From Schizochytrium sp. TIO01 (taxonomy: Eukaryota > Protista > Bigyra: Labyrinthulomycetes): 64,000 nucleotides of DNA. The stretch is from contig SMSO01000014.1 of NCBI GenBank assembly GCA_004764695.1, positions 4,846,845 through 4,910,844 on the forward strand. Reading direction: 5' to 3'. Below are positions 44,464 through 56,265 of this stretch, piece by piece. A program made the position numbers and the translations under genes. A model generated the notes under the pieces. It was not told where the DNA came from. It made no database searches and saw nothing but the letters and a program-made list of their open reading frames with translations. Numbering within the stretch: position 1 is the stretch's first letter; the number at the start of each line of letters is the position of its first letter.

Positions 44464-47400
44464 AAAGGGATGACTGCGCTCTATGATAGAAATTTTATTA
44501 CAAAGCCTCCAGTTCCTGAACTGTTTTTTTTTATTTTTTTTAATATATATATATGAATAAAACTCCGATGATGCTTATGCCCTATTTGCGAATGATCAGC
44601 CTGAATTTGGTCAGTTCGACCGCGGAGTAAACCCTTTATGAATTATTTACTAAGCTGCGTAACATTGTTAATTTTGAATCAAGAAAAATCTTACCAATTG
44701 ACGATGCATCATCATTTAATCTAGGTTGCGATAGTTCTTTAGTTACTAGTCAATTATTTCAAAGCTACTTAACTTGGCCCTTGACCATAGTTATAAAATA
44801 TAGACGGCCAGACGCGCAAGCATATATTGCTTAAAATCAATGTGCGACAAACTAGGTACACTCGAACGAGAGTCTATATTTCTAGTGTTTCTTATCTTAA
44901 AGTACTAGTCAGCGGTGGGTTTAGCTATTATCAAAGTACGTTTTTGCTTTTCATAATGGATAACAGCTTCCTCAAAGATCAATGATCGTTTGTAGTAAGC
45001 GGTTAAACAAAACTCCCGTGGAAGCCCTCGCTCGGGCAGTCTCGAGCGCATGCTCTGATTTTAGCTAGTTTTTGAACCATGTCCACACGCCCGAATTATG
45101 CAGTACTCGATGTCGCATTCTTACGCATTATCAGGGCCGTTTGGGGGAACTTCAAAACAGCTGCTTGTCGCTGACTAAATTTTCATGAATACTCACCATG
45201 GGAGTGAAATCGTTCCTGCGCTTCTCAGAATCATGAAACCTAGAGTTTATTCTTGAGGTAAGAGCTGCCTGCTCTGGATAGTGAAAGAAAGTGAGATGAG
45301 GCTTCGCTGAAGCACGCATATGATGCGCCTGAACCGCGCCAGCCATCAAATGTGTAAGTATTGTTTATTTCACAGTCCCCCTAGCAGACCAACAAAGTCA
45401 GCCAGCCATCAGTATCTAGCATAGCAGTCATCAGCTCACTAAGAACTAAGCGCCAGTCATCCCGGCATCTGTATGCAGAACCTGCTCCGCAGTTGTCTAG
45501 AAAAGCTTGCACGTTCTTCTTTCCAAGGAAATTATGAGAAGAAAAAAATGAAGGAAAAAGACTCTCATCTTCATAAAACTGCCTCAACCGTTTACTCTGA
45601 GCTTTCTCGATGCCTGTGCCTACGATTGTAGACTCTACCAAACGCTCTTCACATTACTGGTAAGCCAGTAGCTCACTTGGCCACAAGACGTTGCAGCGGT
45701 GATTGTTCTCTGTGTTGCTTTCTTTTCCCATCGTATTGCGTCCATGCACGCGAAAGCTCGCTCGCGTGCGACCAGCGGTTCCTTCGAGTTGCTCGCTGGT
45801 AGTATTTATAGCATGGCTTCGCCACGCGTCGCCACGCGCTAGGATCCTGGGCCACAACCAACCAGCTGCAGCGCCTTTTTCTCACCCAAAGGACCTACTT
45901 TAAATATTGAAACATTGAGGAAGCGAGAATTGTGCTACATCAAAATCTACGAAGCTCACATCATTATGAGCTATCGCGCTGCTTTGCGCGAGTAGCACGT
46001 TTTTTCACGTGCGATGACAAACGCAAGTTTTCATTTTCTTTTCGTTGTGGTATTTTAGAAAATAAAATGTTAAACTGAAATATTTTTTTTTTTCAGAGTA
46101 ATATTATGTCAATCTTTCTGATATTGCAATGCAACAAAGGCCACCAGCCCAGATAAGGGTTCGACCAACTCTTGGAGGTGGTTTGTTCACTATTCCCCAA
46201 TTTGGATGCGCCATCTATATGTAGTATGTCTACAGCCGCTCAAGGCCTGGAGTAAAGCAATGCTTTGCGAAGGTAACAAACATCATATGGCTCTTTGACC
46301 TTAGCCTCTCGTGGGTAGTAATACTAGTTCTCTGGTTATGAGTCCATTTTTGTTTCTCCTGGGCTTGCAAACCAGCTTTCAGTGCTAGGCCTAAAAGCTA
46401 TCAAGCGATCATATGAACCTCAAACTATGGGCAAGACATGATGTGTCATCCATAGAAACAAAATAAAACAAATGAGATGCCTGGCGTTATAAAAAATCAA
46501 AATGAATGCATGAATCAATTACTTGATCATCCAAGATGTGATTTGTTCGAAACGATAATCATCCCCCATCCATTCATGAACGTCATAAGCAATATGGGTG
46601 CTCCTTGCTAGATAGTAGTCTTCAAAAGACCATTCGCGCACGCCGCGCAGGTAAGGATTGAGACTCGCGAGCTTGGAGCGCGCGTGCCTGGCCTCGCGGC
46701 AAGCCTAATGGGGAGCGCGTGTCTCTCCCTCCGATAGTTTCTCAGAGCGTCAGTAGGAAGTTCTAACAATGGTGCTGTTTCTAAGCAGTCTTATTCTTTA
46801 GAACAGCAACTCTCATATATATTATATATAGGTACTTTAAAAAAAATATTATTTTTTTCTTCAATAATAAAAACAATAAAGAAAATAATAAAGAAACTCA
46901 AAGTAACTTGATGAACAGGTATGAGTCAGCTTGACTGTTGAAAAGTGAGAGACCCAGAAGCCAATAACTCTGACGACATTCATTACCTCCTCTCAAGCTC
47001 CGTGCAAGCCTTGCCATTAACCTATTTGAAGTTGGGCATGATTTGCCAAATGAACGAGTACTGTTCTTTGCATGTTTAGTTATTAATATTTTCATGGTGA
47101 GTATTCTTTTCTCCATTTTTTGTTTGTTTTGATTTTTGTTTTTACAAGTTTTTCAGTTATGTCTTTTGCCCAACTTGTTGTTATCTGCTGTAAGTCGTTC
47201 GTTGGTTGGTCTTCGATCTTTGGCGATTCCCGCGACAGAGGACGGCGTCAAGTTTCATGACAACTTAAAGCGAAGGTATGGACTAGTAAATACATGACTT
47301 CGTGGATAGTCAAACCAATAAACAACGGAATGGACAAATGCAAACCTTGTCAACGGAAGGACTCCGACTCCCTCCAATAAGAAATTGGGAATGAACGAAC

Positions 47401-47853
47401 AAAGCAACGATTGCAGATGGATGATTGAGAGGGATAACAAGGAAATGGAAGAAGGTTTGCAAGGAGTCAGGTAAAACACATAGGGTCTCTTAAGCCACGA
47501 TGGGCAGGAAAACAATGAAAGAACTTCGCACAGCAGCAAGAAACTTTATCACAAAAAAGAAAAGAAAAAAGTGACAATTATATAACGAAATCGATATCAA
47601 CTAGGGAAACGTATACATGGGTACTATTAATTTTATTAATTTTTATTTAAAGAAAATGAATAATAGAAGGAATGAAGTAAAATGATCGGGCTCATTGCTT
47701 TCATTCTGCAATCTCAGCATCGCTTCAATCTTGCATCATAATCTTTGACGATCGGACGAGCAAGACTTGCACGAAGCCCAAGTCCACTTATCGCCTTAAC
47801 AGTGCTGATACCCCGTGGCGATTGAGCGACAATCAGTGACAGTACGCAATACA

Positions 47854-49017
47854 ATGAAGCGCCAACGCTTGGAGGAAGGCCTTCAAGTGGACGTGGACGT
47901 AAACAGAACAAGGTTCAACAATACGCTTGTTTCTCCAACAAGTGCTCACGTTCTCTCGCAACTTTTGAAGCTCCAATCGGGAGGCCAAAAAGACCATCAT
48001 CAGCAGCAACTGGGAGGCACATTTCGAGATCCAGATGCCCGGGGATCTTTAGCCATCACCAACGCTTTGGCCTCTGGTACGCAGAGTTTGGGGTCTTCGC
48101 CAACAGCAGGAAGCCCAAATTTGGCTGCTCTCGTGAGTAGCTTGAGTCCGCAAAACAGCGATGGCAGAAAGGCGACAGCGCCAGACCTGACGACACTTTT
48201 GCAATCAGCAGTATTGCTTTCATCAGGGCTTGGCTCGCGACCTGCAGCAGATATGGACTTTAAAGGCCTCTTTGCTAAAAATTCTGTCGCCGATATGAAT
48301 GCAAACGACAACGTTGCCCCCAATAACTTGAGCAAACTCAGTCCTACAACAACTAACACCACGACGTCTTCTGCGGTGTTACGCGCACCTAGGAGAGGCT
48401 CTGTAACGCAAAAAGCATTAGCGGACCCTTTGAAGGCCACATCATCAACCAAATTGCCGAAGAAGTTTTCAACAGCATCCTCTACCGAATCTTCCGCCTC
48501 TTCATTGTCTTCTTCAACCGTGACACCCGGCGCAGTGGTAACAAAGCAAGCTGACGCGATGATAACCAAGCATGTGGCAGCATCTAAACGCAACGTGAAG
48601 GCTAAACCAAAGCCACCTTTGGCTCCATCCAACTCTGTGCCTGAAGATGCCCTTCTTAAGGCAGACAATATCGATTCTAATATCATTAATGCAAGCCCAA
48701 TGATTAATTCTCCTGTAATGCCAGCAAACACCACTGGTGCGAAGCGCTCTCGTAAGCCTAGTTCGGTTGAGCGCAAATCTTCAGATACAAGTGGCGAGAA
48801 CACATTAGAGAGTGAGGAGACACGTCGCAAGCGCAAGAACAATCGGGAGAAGGAACGTCGTTCAGAATTCAACTCCATGTTTGACAAACTAACCCAGCTC
48901 CTGGGTCTCCCTGATGAAGCCAAAATGAACAAGATATCTCTGCTAGCATGTGTGATCGACACTATTGGATCTTTGCAAACCGAAATTGCTCAACTCAAGG
49001 ACCAACAATGCAATTGA
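47854..49017 (+). CDS. bHLH transcription factor
   Basis: C-terminal RRKRKNNREKERRSEFNSMFDKLTQLL...KMNKISLLACVIDTIGSL; Ser/Thr-rich N-terminus. Confidence 0.85.
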   Translation: MKRQRLEEGLQVDVDVNRTRFNNTLVSPTSAHVLSQLLKLQSGGQKDHHQQQLGGTFRDPDARGSLAITNALASGTQSLGSSPTAGSPNLAALVSSLSPQNSDGRKATAPDLTTLLQSAVLLSSGLGSRPAADMDFKGLFAKNSVADMNANDNVAPNNLSKLSPTTTNTTTSSAVLRAPRRGSVTQKALADPLKATSSTKLPKKFSTASSTESSASSLSSSTVTPGAVVTKQADAMITKHVAASKRNVKAKPKPPLAPSNSVPEDALLKADNIDSNIINASPMINSPVMPANTTGAKRSRKPSSVERKSSDTSGENTLESEETRRKRKNNREKERRSEFNSMFDKLTQLLGLPDEAKMNKISLLACVIDTIGSLQTEIAQLKDQQCN

Positions 49018-49414
49018 CAACCTCGTAATATACAACCCTGCTATAAATCATTTTAAAAAATCATCGAGTCATCTAAATTTAAGAATTGATGCTAAAAGTT
49101 ATTGTACAGAATTAGGTTGCTTGGAAATCAACTTGTTAGGTCTAACTAAACTATAAATATGTTTTTGTTAATGAAAAAGAAGAAGCTGATGTTTTCTTCA
49201 CTCCATAGCTTCAATAGCAATATCATTCATACAAATCAAAGGAACAGTTAAAAGAGTCTCATCTGGTCGATCAGATATGCCACTCATGTTAATGGAAAGA
49301 CGCCAAACCAAAAGTTATCAGAATACTTCTTACCATTCTATTCTGACTGTTCGTAATAAAGGTCTACTTGGATGTCTCTGATATCTTTAAAACCTACATC
49401 CAGGTCTACCAAGT

Positions 49415-50695
49415 TCATTCATCATCGTCTGGCATCAGAACTAATCGCATTTGTCTTAATGCTGTTTCATATGCTGTCACCAGAGTACTACAAGGTAGTT
49501 CAATATGTGGAACGACTGATGACGTAACGAAGTGTTCCATTGCTTTCGCAATACATTGCTCTTTCTTATATGGGTCAATTGTGTCCAAAGCGGCGACGCC
49601 TGGGGTGAGGGCTGCAAGGCTGGGGTAATCGATAAGAATTTGCCGTAAAGTATCCCTGGCCCGCGCTACCTCAACTTCACAAATAGGATCTTCATTATGC
49701 TGTACTTTGGTATGCACAGCATTTCGCACCTGCTGACGCAAGTATTTACGTGCTTCCACAGCTTCTCGAGCAGCCCTTACAGCTTCCTTCTCTGACTCAA
49801 CTAAATATTCCATTTGCGCAAGCTCTCGCTTCACAAGGTTAAGCTCTCGTTGTGTACGGCAGCCCGTATCCTTGATAACTGTTCGCGTATGATATTCCAA
49901 TTTCCTCTTGACCTCGGCTTCCATCTGGTCAATCTTTGTTTGATGACCATCACGCAACTTCTTCATGATTTCTTTAGCTCGAGCACGCTCATCCTCTACT
50001 CGTGAACAGACCATTGACTCAATCTGGTTCTTCGCTAGAGCCTCTACTCGCTCTGTGCTACGTATACGAAGGGAACTTTCGCGAGCTTCGAGGGCTTGAA
50101 CTTCATTGTGAATCGGCCTCATGCGTGCATGATGTGCTTCGTCTCGAGCACGCATAGCGTCTGTGAGTCGAGTTAAGTTGTCACGAACTGTGCGTCGAAT
50201 CGCAACAGCCTGGTTGCATTCACGCTCCAGCTCTTCCAATTGGGCTTGTAAAATGGCTTTCTCTGCTTGAACTTCTTCTAAATGCTTCAATGAGGTCTCC
50301 CAGCTTGCTTCCACTTGGTTGAGCCGGCCAGATTCAGCCATAAGCTCTTTGAAGAGAATTCTGGTTAATGCATCTTCGTCTCTTAGACCGCTGATAGAGA
50401 CATTAGAGCTGGCGCACATGTTTTGTAGATCGAGCTTTCTAATTTCCACAAGCGAATTCAGAGTGTCATCGTTCCAGGCAAGGATGGACTTTACTAAGTC
50501 TGTAGAAGTTTTGTCTTTTACAGAGTCACCTTTCGACAGACAATCTTGAACGAGAATATGCCTCTCATCTTTTGCCTTGGCTATTTCGCTGGCAATGATC
50601 TCGCCGACACGAACATTCTCCAGAGCTTTGGCAATAAGCTCTCTATCGAGTTCATTATCTGTCGATGGTGTTGCAATAACTTTGAAGGAGCGCAT
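49415..50695 (-). CDS. Coiled-coil protein of unknown function
   Basis: ~425-aa E/R/K/L-rich helical ORF; first ATG 50695. Confidence 0.75.
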   Translation of the reverse strand: MRSFKVIATPSTDNELDRELIAKALENVRVGEIIASEIAKAKDERHILVQDCLSKGDSVKDKTSTDLVKSILAWNDDTLNSLVEIRKLDLQNMCASSNVSISGLRDEDALTRILFKELMAESGRLNQVEASWETSLKHLEEVQAEKAILQAQLEELERECNQAVAIRRTVRDNLTRLTDAMRARDEAHHARMRPIHNEVQALEARESSLRIRSTERVEALAKNQIESMVCSRVEDERARAKEIMKKLRDGHQTKIDQMEAEVKRKLEYHTRTVIKDTGCRTQRELNLVKRELAQMEYLVESEKEAVRAAREAVEARKYLRQQVRNAVHTKVQHNEDPICEVEVARARDTLRQILIDYPSLAALTPGVAALDTIDPYKKEQCIAKAMEHFVTSSVVPHIELPCSTLVTAYETALRQMRLVLMPDDDE

Positions 50696-50740
50696 CTTGC
50701 TGGATGAGCTCTTTGTTGCTGCAAGCAAGGTGAGGAGCAA

Positions 50741-50856
50741 ACTAGCCTTGCCACACAGACTAGCCTTGCCACGCAGACTAGCCTTGCCACGCAGACTAGC
50801 CTTGCCACGCAGACTAGCCTTGCCACGCAGACTAGCCTTGCCACGCAGACTAGCCT
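50741..50856. repeat. 18-bp minisatellite (ACTAGCCTTGCCACGCAG) x6 plus partial copy
   Basis: Directly visible, near-perfect copies. Confidence 0.95.
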
Positions 50857-51149
50857 AGCTAGTTTTCCGAGCGTTTATAGATTGAGAGACACTAACTTGT
50901 TGAACTAAAAGAAGAGAAAGGAGCCTATAATGGTCACTAAAGTAATAACCGATCATAGAATTAACCAATGCGTAGTCTATTTCGTGCACGATAACATATA
51001 ACGGCTCTTTTAAAAAAAAATTCTTTAGTTAAGGATGTCCACTAGTTGGGATGAGTATGTAATGGCCTTTTGGCAGAGAATAGAGAGAAGAGCCAAAAAT
51101 TTATGACTTTCATAGTTAAGAAGATAACTAAGTTGCTTTTTCGTATGAG

Positions 51150-52840
51150 CTAGAGTTTGCACTTACTCTTGGTTGCTGGAAGGCGTTGTTGAAGCATGAA
51201 AACACTTGATCTTTTTCTAAAGATTCCATGGTATTTTAAAATTATGTCAAGAGAAAAGTAAATAGATACATTTGCCACTACTGCCATGCGAATGATTTGC
51301 ATATCCTCAGAACACATCGTTGTGTCAAGAACAGTCAACCTGTCTTGTCTCGATAACTATAGTGCGAACTCATAGAAACGAGGATGTCCCATCAATATCA
51401 TTCAGGAAACGGCGTAAATTCGGTCATTCCTCAATGCGAATGCGATCGTTCACCGTGCGCAGCTCTGTGTGAAAAGCGTCGCGTCGATGAGCAGCACAGG
51501 TAAGAATCCGCAAATATTGTTTCTCGAGTTCAGACGCAGCATCAGAATACTTGCGCAACCCAGGAGATAATTTGACCATCACCTTTGGGATAGCATTTGT
51601 AGATGTAATAAGGTAAGGAAGGGCCAGTGAACATGGCCATTGAATTATTAGGTGACCATAATTTGTCATACCGGTGACGATTAGGGGATTCACTTCCACT
51701 CCAAAAGAGCGCCTGTGAACAGTATCTAAGCAATGCATTAGTTTTAGGAAGATCATCACGATACTCATCTACATGCAGAAAGAGCATGCCAACGTCCAAA
51801 ACTTGTTGCAGTCTCTTTGAGAGTTCCTCCGTAGTGAAGTCCGCATATCCCTTCATAAAACACATAATAGTGCGCAGAGGAGGAATGCCTTCATCCTGTA
51901 GAAGAACAAACAAAAGAATGGCCGAAATGTAGCCAACATGATCGACACGTTGAACCCTAGATTGATACTCTCAACGGAAGTACGAGGAATCTAAACAAAG
52001 GTGTTTAGTCATCTGAATAAACGCAGATATGGCTTCCTTTCCAATACATTTGACGTAGTTCAATCCATGTTCTGCCAACTCGATCACTAGACGAGTCTTG
52101 CCACAACCACTGCGACCCTTGATGATTGGTATTTCCATCAACTGCGGATTACCGACGCCATTATAGATACCACAACTAACCTTTCTACCGATTCGAAAGA
52201 ACCTTCTGTTAGAGGGAACTTTCCGCATAGTCAGATTTAGTATCAAAAGTCGGCGAAGGTTTGCAAGAAATACTATCCTTCAAACTCACAGGAAATATAT
52301 TATCCAGAGTCAACAAATATTCCGGAACCGTAGATTCTGATAAATTGCGATAGTAACGCTCCGCGATGATAGTAGGAGTGTCGCGGAGTTCTGTATTCGT
52401 ACTTATCCCAGCAGAAAATCAGCATTCATGTAAAGGTTTGACATTTCGGTCTTCAACTTTCTCAGACTTTTTTTTTTTTCTTTTGACTACCAGAACCAGT
52501 TTCAACAAAATCACTTCGCGAGTAGAGAGTCCCGTTGCGTTCTGTTCAAATAACCAACAGGTAAACCCCTCCAGATCCACAACTTTGTTGGCACAATCAA
52601 TGTAGTGAGGTTTGTGCTGTAGAGCAAACTCCAAAGCAATTTTAAAGAAATTGTGTATCGCCAATCCGTCTGACGCATATTAAGTACCTTCAATGAAAGT
52701 AAAAATGTTAGAAATTTAAGGGACACAGATGGTGTCCCTGACACTAGGTAATCGATTCTTTAACAGACTGATCCATCTTGTCAAAGTTAATTTCAGGTCT
52801 GTTGAATGTCAAATTGTGGTTCATCAACTCGTCCCATGAT
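51150..52840 (-). pseudogene. Degraded Crinkler/STAND-type P-loop NTPase
   Basis: Colinear fragments: Walker A IIKGRSGCGKTR (~52100), Walker B LFLHVDEY (~51770), PLIVTG, FLNDI..GHPRFYE (~51385); many stops and frameshifts. Confidence 0.7.
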
Positions 52841-52859
52841 GTCTCTCGTCAAGCTCTAT

Positions 52860-53310
52860 TAGAATAGATCTTCTCTTCTCTCTTTCTTCTTCTACCCCTC
52901 TGCCTGTTTGTACAACTTTTGACTTACGTGATTTCAAAACAAAACGATTGATCAAGGTCTAGTGAGAGAAAGCTTGTCCTTGGTGAGGGTATCTATCGAT
53001 CTTCTCCTATCCCTCCTGCTTAGCATAAACTGCTCAACTCTCGACTTAGGCGATCGAAAGATAAGTAGTCAAATCTCTACCACTGGCGAGTCAGGTAATT
53101 GATCTTTAATTCCCTTCTCCCGTACCTGCAGAACTCGCGACTTACGCGATCAAACGATTGATCAAGGTCTACTGAGAGGACTGATCTTCTCTTCTCTAGC
53201 TATGGACACGAGCCAGCACAACCTGTACAAGTTTCGACTTACGCAATCAAACGATGCAAGGAAAGTTGTCCTTGGTGAGATAGGGAGGGCATCGATCTTC
53301 GCCATCTACA
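52860..53310. repeat. Degenerate ~100-bp dispersed/tandem repeat array (about 4 copies)
   Basis: GACTTACG..AT..CAAACGAT core at ~52921, 53043, 53139 and 53236; AAACGATTGATCAAGGTCTASTGAGAG twice; TTGTCCTTGGTGAG twice. Confidence 0.7.
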
Positions 53311-53921
53311 TCGAACCATCTCAAGGTTTGACTTGGGCGATCGAACGACGGATGGAGGGAGGAAGGGAGGGGTGGAATGAGCGCATGTGCGCACAAAGCA
53401 CACAACACCTGCAAGGAGAGAAATAGATTCGTGGACACTGGCAACGGCACCGGTGCAGCATCAAAAATATGCAAACGAGCCCAGGAATTGAGTGCTACAG
53501 ACTTTAATTCGTGGATTCTGGGTTTCGCAAAATACTAGCACTTATTATAAGTATGGACTAACTACATTTTATTCTTGAGTATAAAAAAATACATCATTCC
53601 ATGTTAAATTGAGGAGCATTTTTATACATTAGTATATGCTATTGCACCTATACAGGTCGATGCAATTTGTAATGAATAGTCTTCATATTCAGAGGTTTTA
53701 TAATTTATCCCTCGTGCAGTGTATAAAGCATTGGAAGATGGGTTTGAGGGTGTGTACTTCGTAAGAAACTAAACAAAACAAAAAATTATCTACTAGTGCG
53801 AATCGTTAGTAAATAAAGTATAAACACTAACTAGAACAGGCTTCTCACCAAACATCCCAAACTCGTTTTCTATGGCAGCAGACCCCAATCGTTCGAAGAC
53901 CTGCAAACTCGTTCGAAAACC

Positions 53922-56074
53922 ATGTTAGGGGTTACTTTGAAGGGGGTTAAGAATATGGCCTCCAAGATTGTCAGCGGGGCAACAAGCGCCGCCAGAAGCC
54001 GCCTCTCTTCAATTCAGATGTGCACAACCAATCCAAACATACGCACCACTTTGAGGCGCGTAAGCACACTCCTAACAGATTATGAATCCTTGGTCGACGC
54101 TAGAACTTCTCGTGAAAACAAGATTAAGGATCCTTAGTACGAGCGTGTGGATCGAAAAATCAAGAACCTCGTGGCTGAAAAAAATGAGCTTTCGCAAGAA
54201 ATCAAGGATCTGAAAGAGGAAATCGCCAAGGAGTTAGTAAGACGCATTGACTACCACTATGTTAGATTGTTTTGTCGTGGTACGATTACTGCAGAATGTT
54301 TCGAAGATCATTTCGGGTTTTTACCCACTGACAAGTCCATTGCTGTTTGCATGAATTTGTCTAAAAAACTTATTAAAGCGGAAGAGGATTTACAACTGAC
54401 CGAGCAACAACTTCTTGCAGATACTCTAAGCCTTATACCAATGCTGGAAGATATCACAACTACTACGAAACAGATCACAACGCTGCAAAAACGGCTACCG
54501 TTATCATCTCCCAAACCGAAGAAGTTTCTGAACGCCGCCAAAGAACATCTACCAAATTGGAAACAGGTGGGTAAATTATTAACCGCAACCACCACAAGTC
54601 TTGCGAACTTGGATGCATACCCTGTATCACCCATGAAGGTGGAGCAGATTTCTACCTCAAATTTCCTGAAATATTGTAAAAACCATGGCTACATTGATAC
54701 CCTGAATAGCGTCGAGACTACATTCGACTTTGTCGAAGCATTTGCATGTTGTAGTCTCCACGCAGATCTTTACGATGAAAATCAGTCGACAAAGAGTTTA
54801 CAAGTGCCATCCGATGTCTATTACATGCACTCAATCAGACGTCCACTGAAAACAATTCTATTCCTAAAGATCTCTCTTTGTATGGAAAACTTGTGAGTGG
54901 AGGACTAGTAGGTCGCGTAGACTTTGATATCAATTGTAAGTCAGAAGACGGTAACCGCAAACCGTTGATCATGGGCGAATTCAAAGGTCCTGGGTTTCCC
55001 ACCACTAATCTCGCTGACCAATATTGTGATCATACCTGCAAAAATATGCACTGTGGCTCACAGCGGCATGAAGACCATTCGGTCATTCGTCAACTTTATA
55101 ACTACATGGTTAGGAATAATCTTTTGGTTGGTATTTACACGAACTATCTGCACACTCACGTTTTCATTAGAGACTGGCAGGGACATCTGCTTATCACAGA
55201 GCCTATTTTATGGGATGATGAGGGCGATATTGATCGGGGAAATATCAGTACGTTGCAGCTTGTTGCACTCGCTATTCTTCTCGCTGCTGATAAAAATGAT
55301 ATGAACTTCGATGCTTATGGGCATCCTATGATGGTTCGCTGCAATTCTACTGAACAGTTTACTATCAAAAGCCTACCACGTGAATGTGCTAGCAGTCTAG
55401 ACCTAAAGAGGCCGAAACGGGGGTGTTTGCCAAATGGATCCCCACCTTTGCCACGAAATAAATCACCACCTTCGACACTAAATAAGTATGGTGCAAAATA
55501 TACAAAGGATGGTGAAGCGGTCGAACTAGTCAAGCTACGCAAGGCTGGGTGCACCGCGCTTTCATCCGGTCGCACAGGGTCAGTATTTCGTTTGAACTTC
55601 CACGAAGCAGGAGATGATAAGAGCGACAACGTGGTGAAGGTATTGGACCTTGTTAAGCAAGCAGATCAGATGGACGATCTTGACAATGAAGCTGAAATTT
55701 ACAAGCAATTAGAACCGCTGCAAGGAATACACATCCCAGTGTTCATCGATTGTGGCGTTTTCGATGAAAGATTTCTTTACGGCCTCGGAACAAAGTATTC
55801 TGGTGAACCTTTAACACCTGAAGACATCACAGATGACTTTGTGGAAAAGGCAGTGAATGCTCTAGGTGAAATTCACTCCCATGGTGTACTGCATGGTGAT
55901 GTGACGATCCGCAATATCCTATATAACAAGAAAACTCAAAGGCCTGTCATCATCGACTTCGGCATGGCCGTTGCCAAGTCGAGAGTTACTGAGGAAGGCT
56001 TCGCCCTAAGCGCTGATGAAGAGATTAATGAACTTCGACGTGCGTTGGAGATAGAAAGAAGCCGAAAAAACTAA
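53922..56074 (+). pseudogene. REase-fold + protein kinase fusion (Crinkler-type) #3, with in-frame TAG (54135-54137) and a frameshift (~54862)
   Basis: N-terminal coiled coil; GRVDF...MGEFKGP...IRQLYNYM...GIYTNY; kinase SSGRTGSVF, VVKVLD, LHGDVTIRNIL, IIDFG. Confidence 0.75.
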
Positions 56075-56075
56075 A

Positions 56076-56265
56076 ACATTTACAGTCATCAATGAACCAA
56101 ATAAAAAAAATAAAAATTAAAAATTTAAAGGCATCAATGAACAAATTAAAAATGAAATAACACATTTAATTAAAAGTCATCAATGAACCATATTAAAACA
56201 AAACTAAAAAAACATTTACAGTTGTTGCATTTCATTTCTTTTTTTTGAAAATGAAAAGTCATCAA
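56076..56265. repeat. Short degenerate A-rich repeats (CATCAATGAAC core) between convergent 3' ends
   Basis: CATCAATGAAC three times plus partial copies; ACATTTACAGT twice. Confidence 0.6.

Noticed and set aside
45150-45890. Possible second NTPase relic (WLVVAQD, TIVGTG fragments)
   Set aside because: No Walker A found and the similarity is too weak to support
48000-48962. 320-aa antisense ORF
   Set aside because: Shadow of the low-complexity bHLH gene; no motifs
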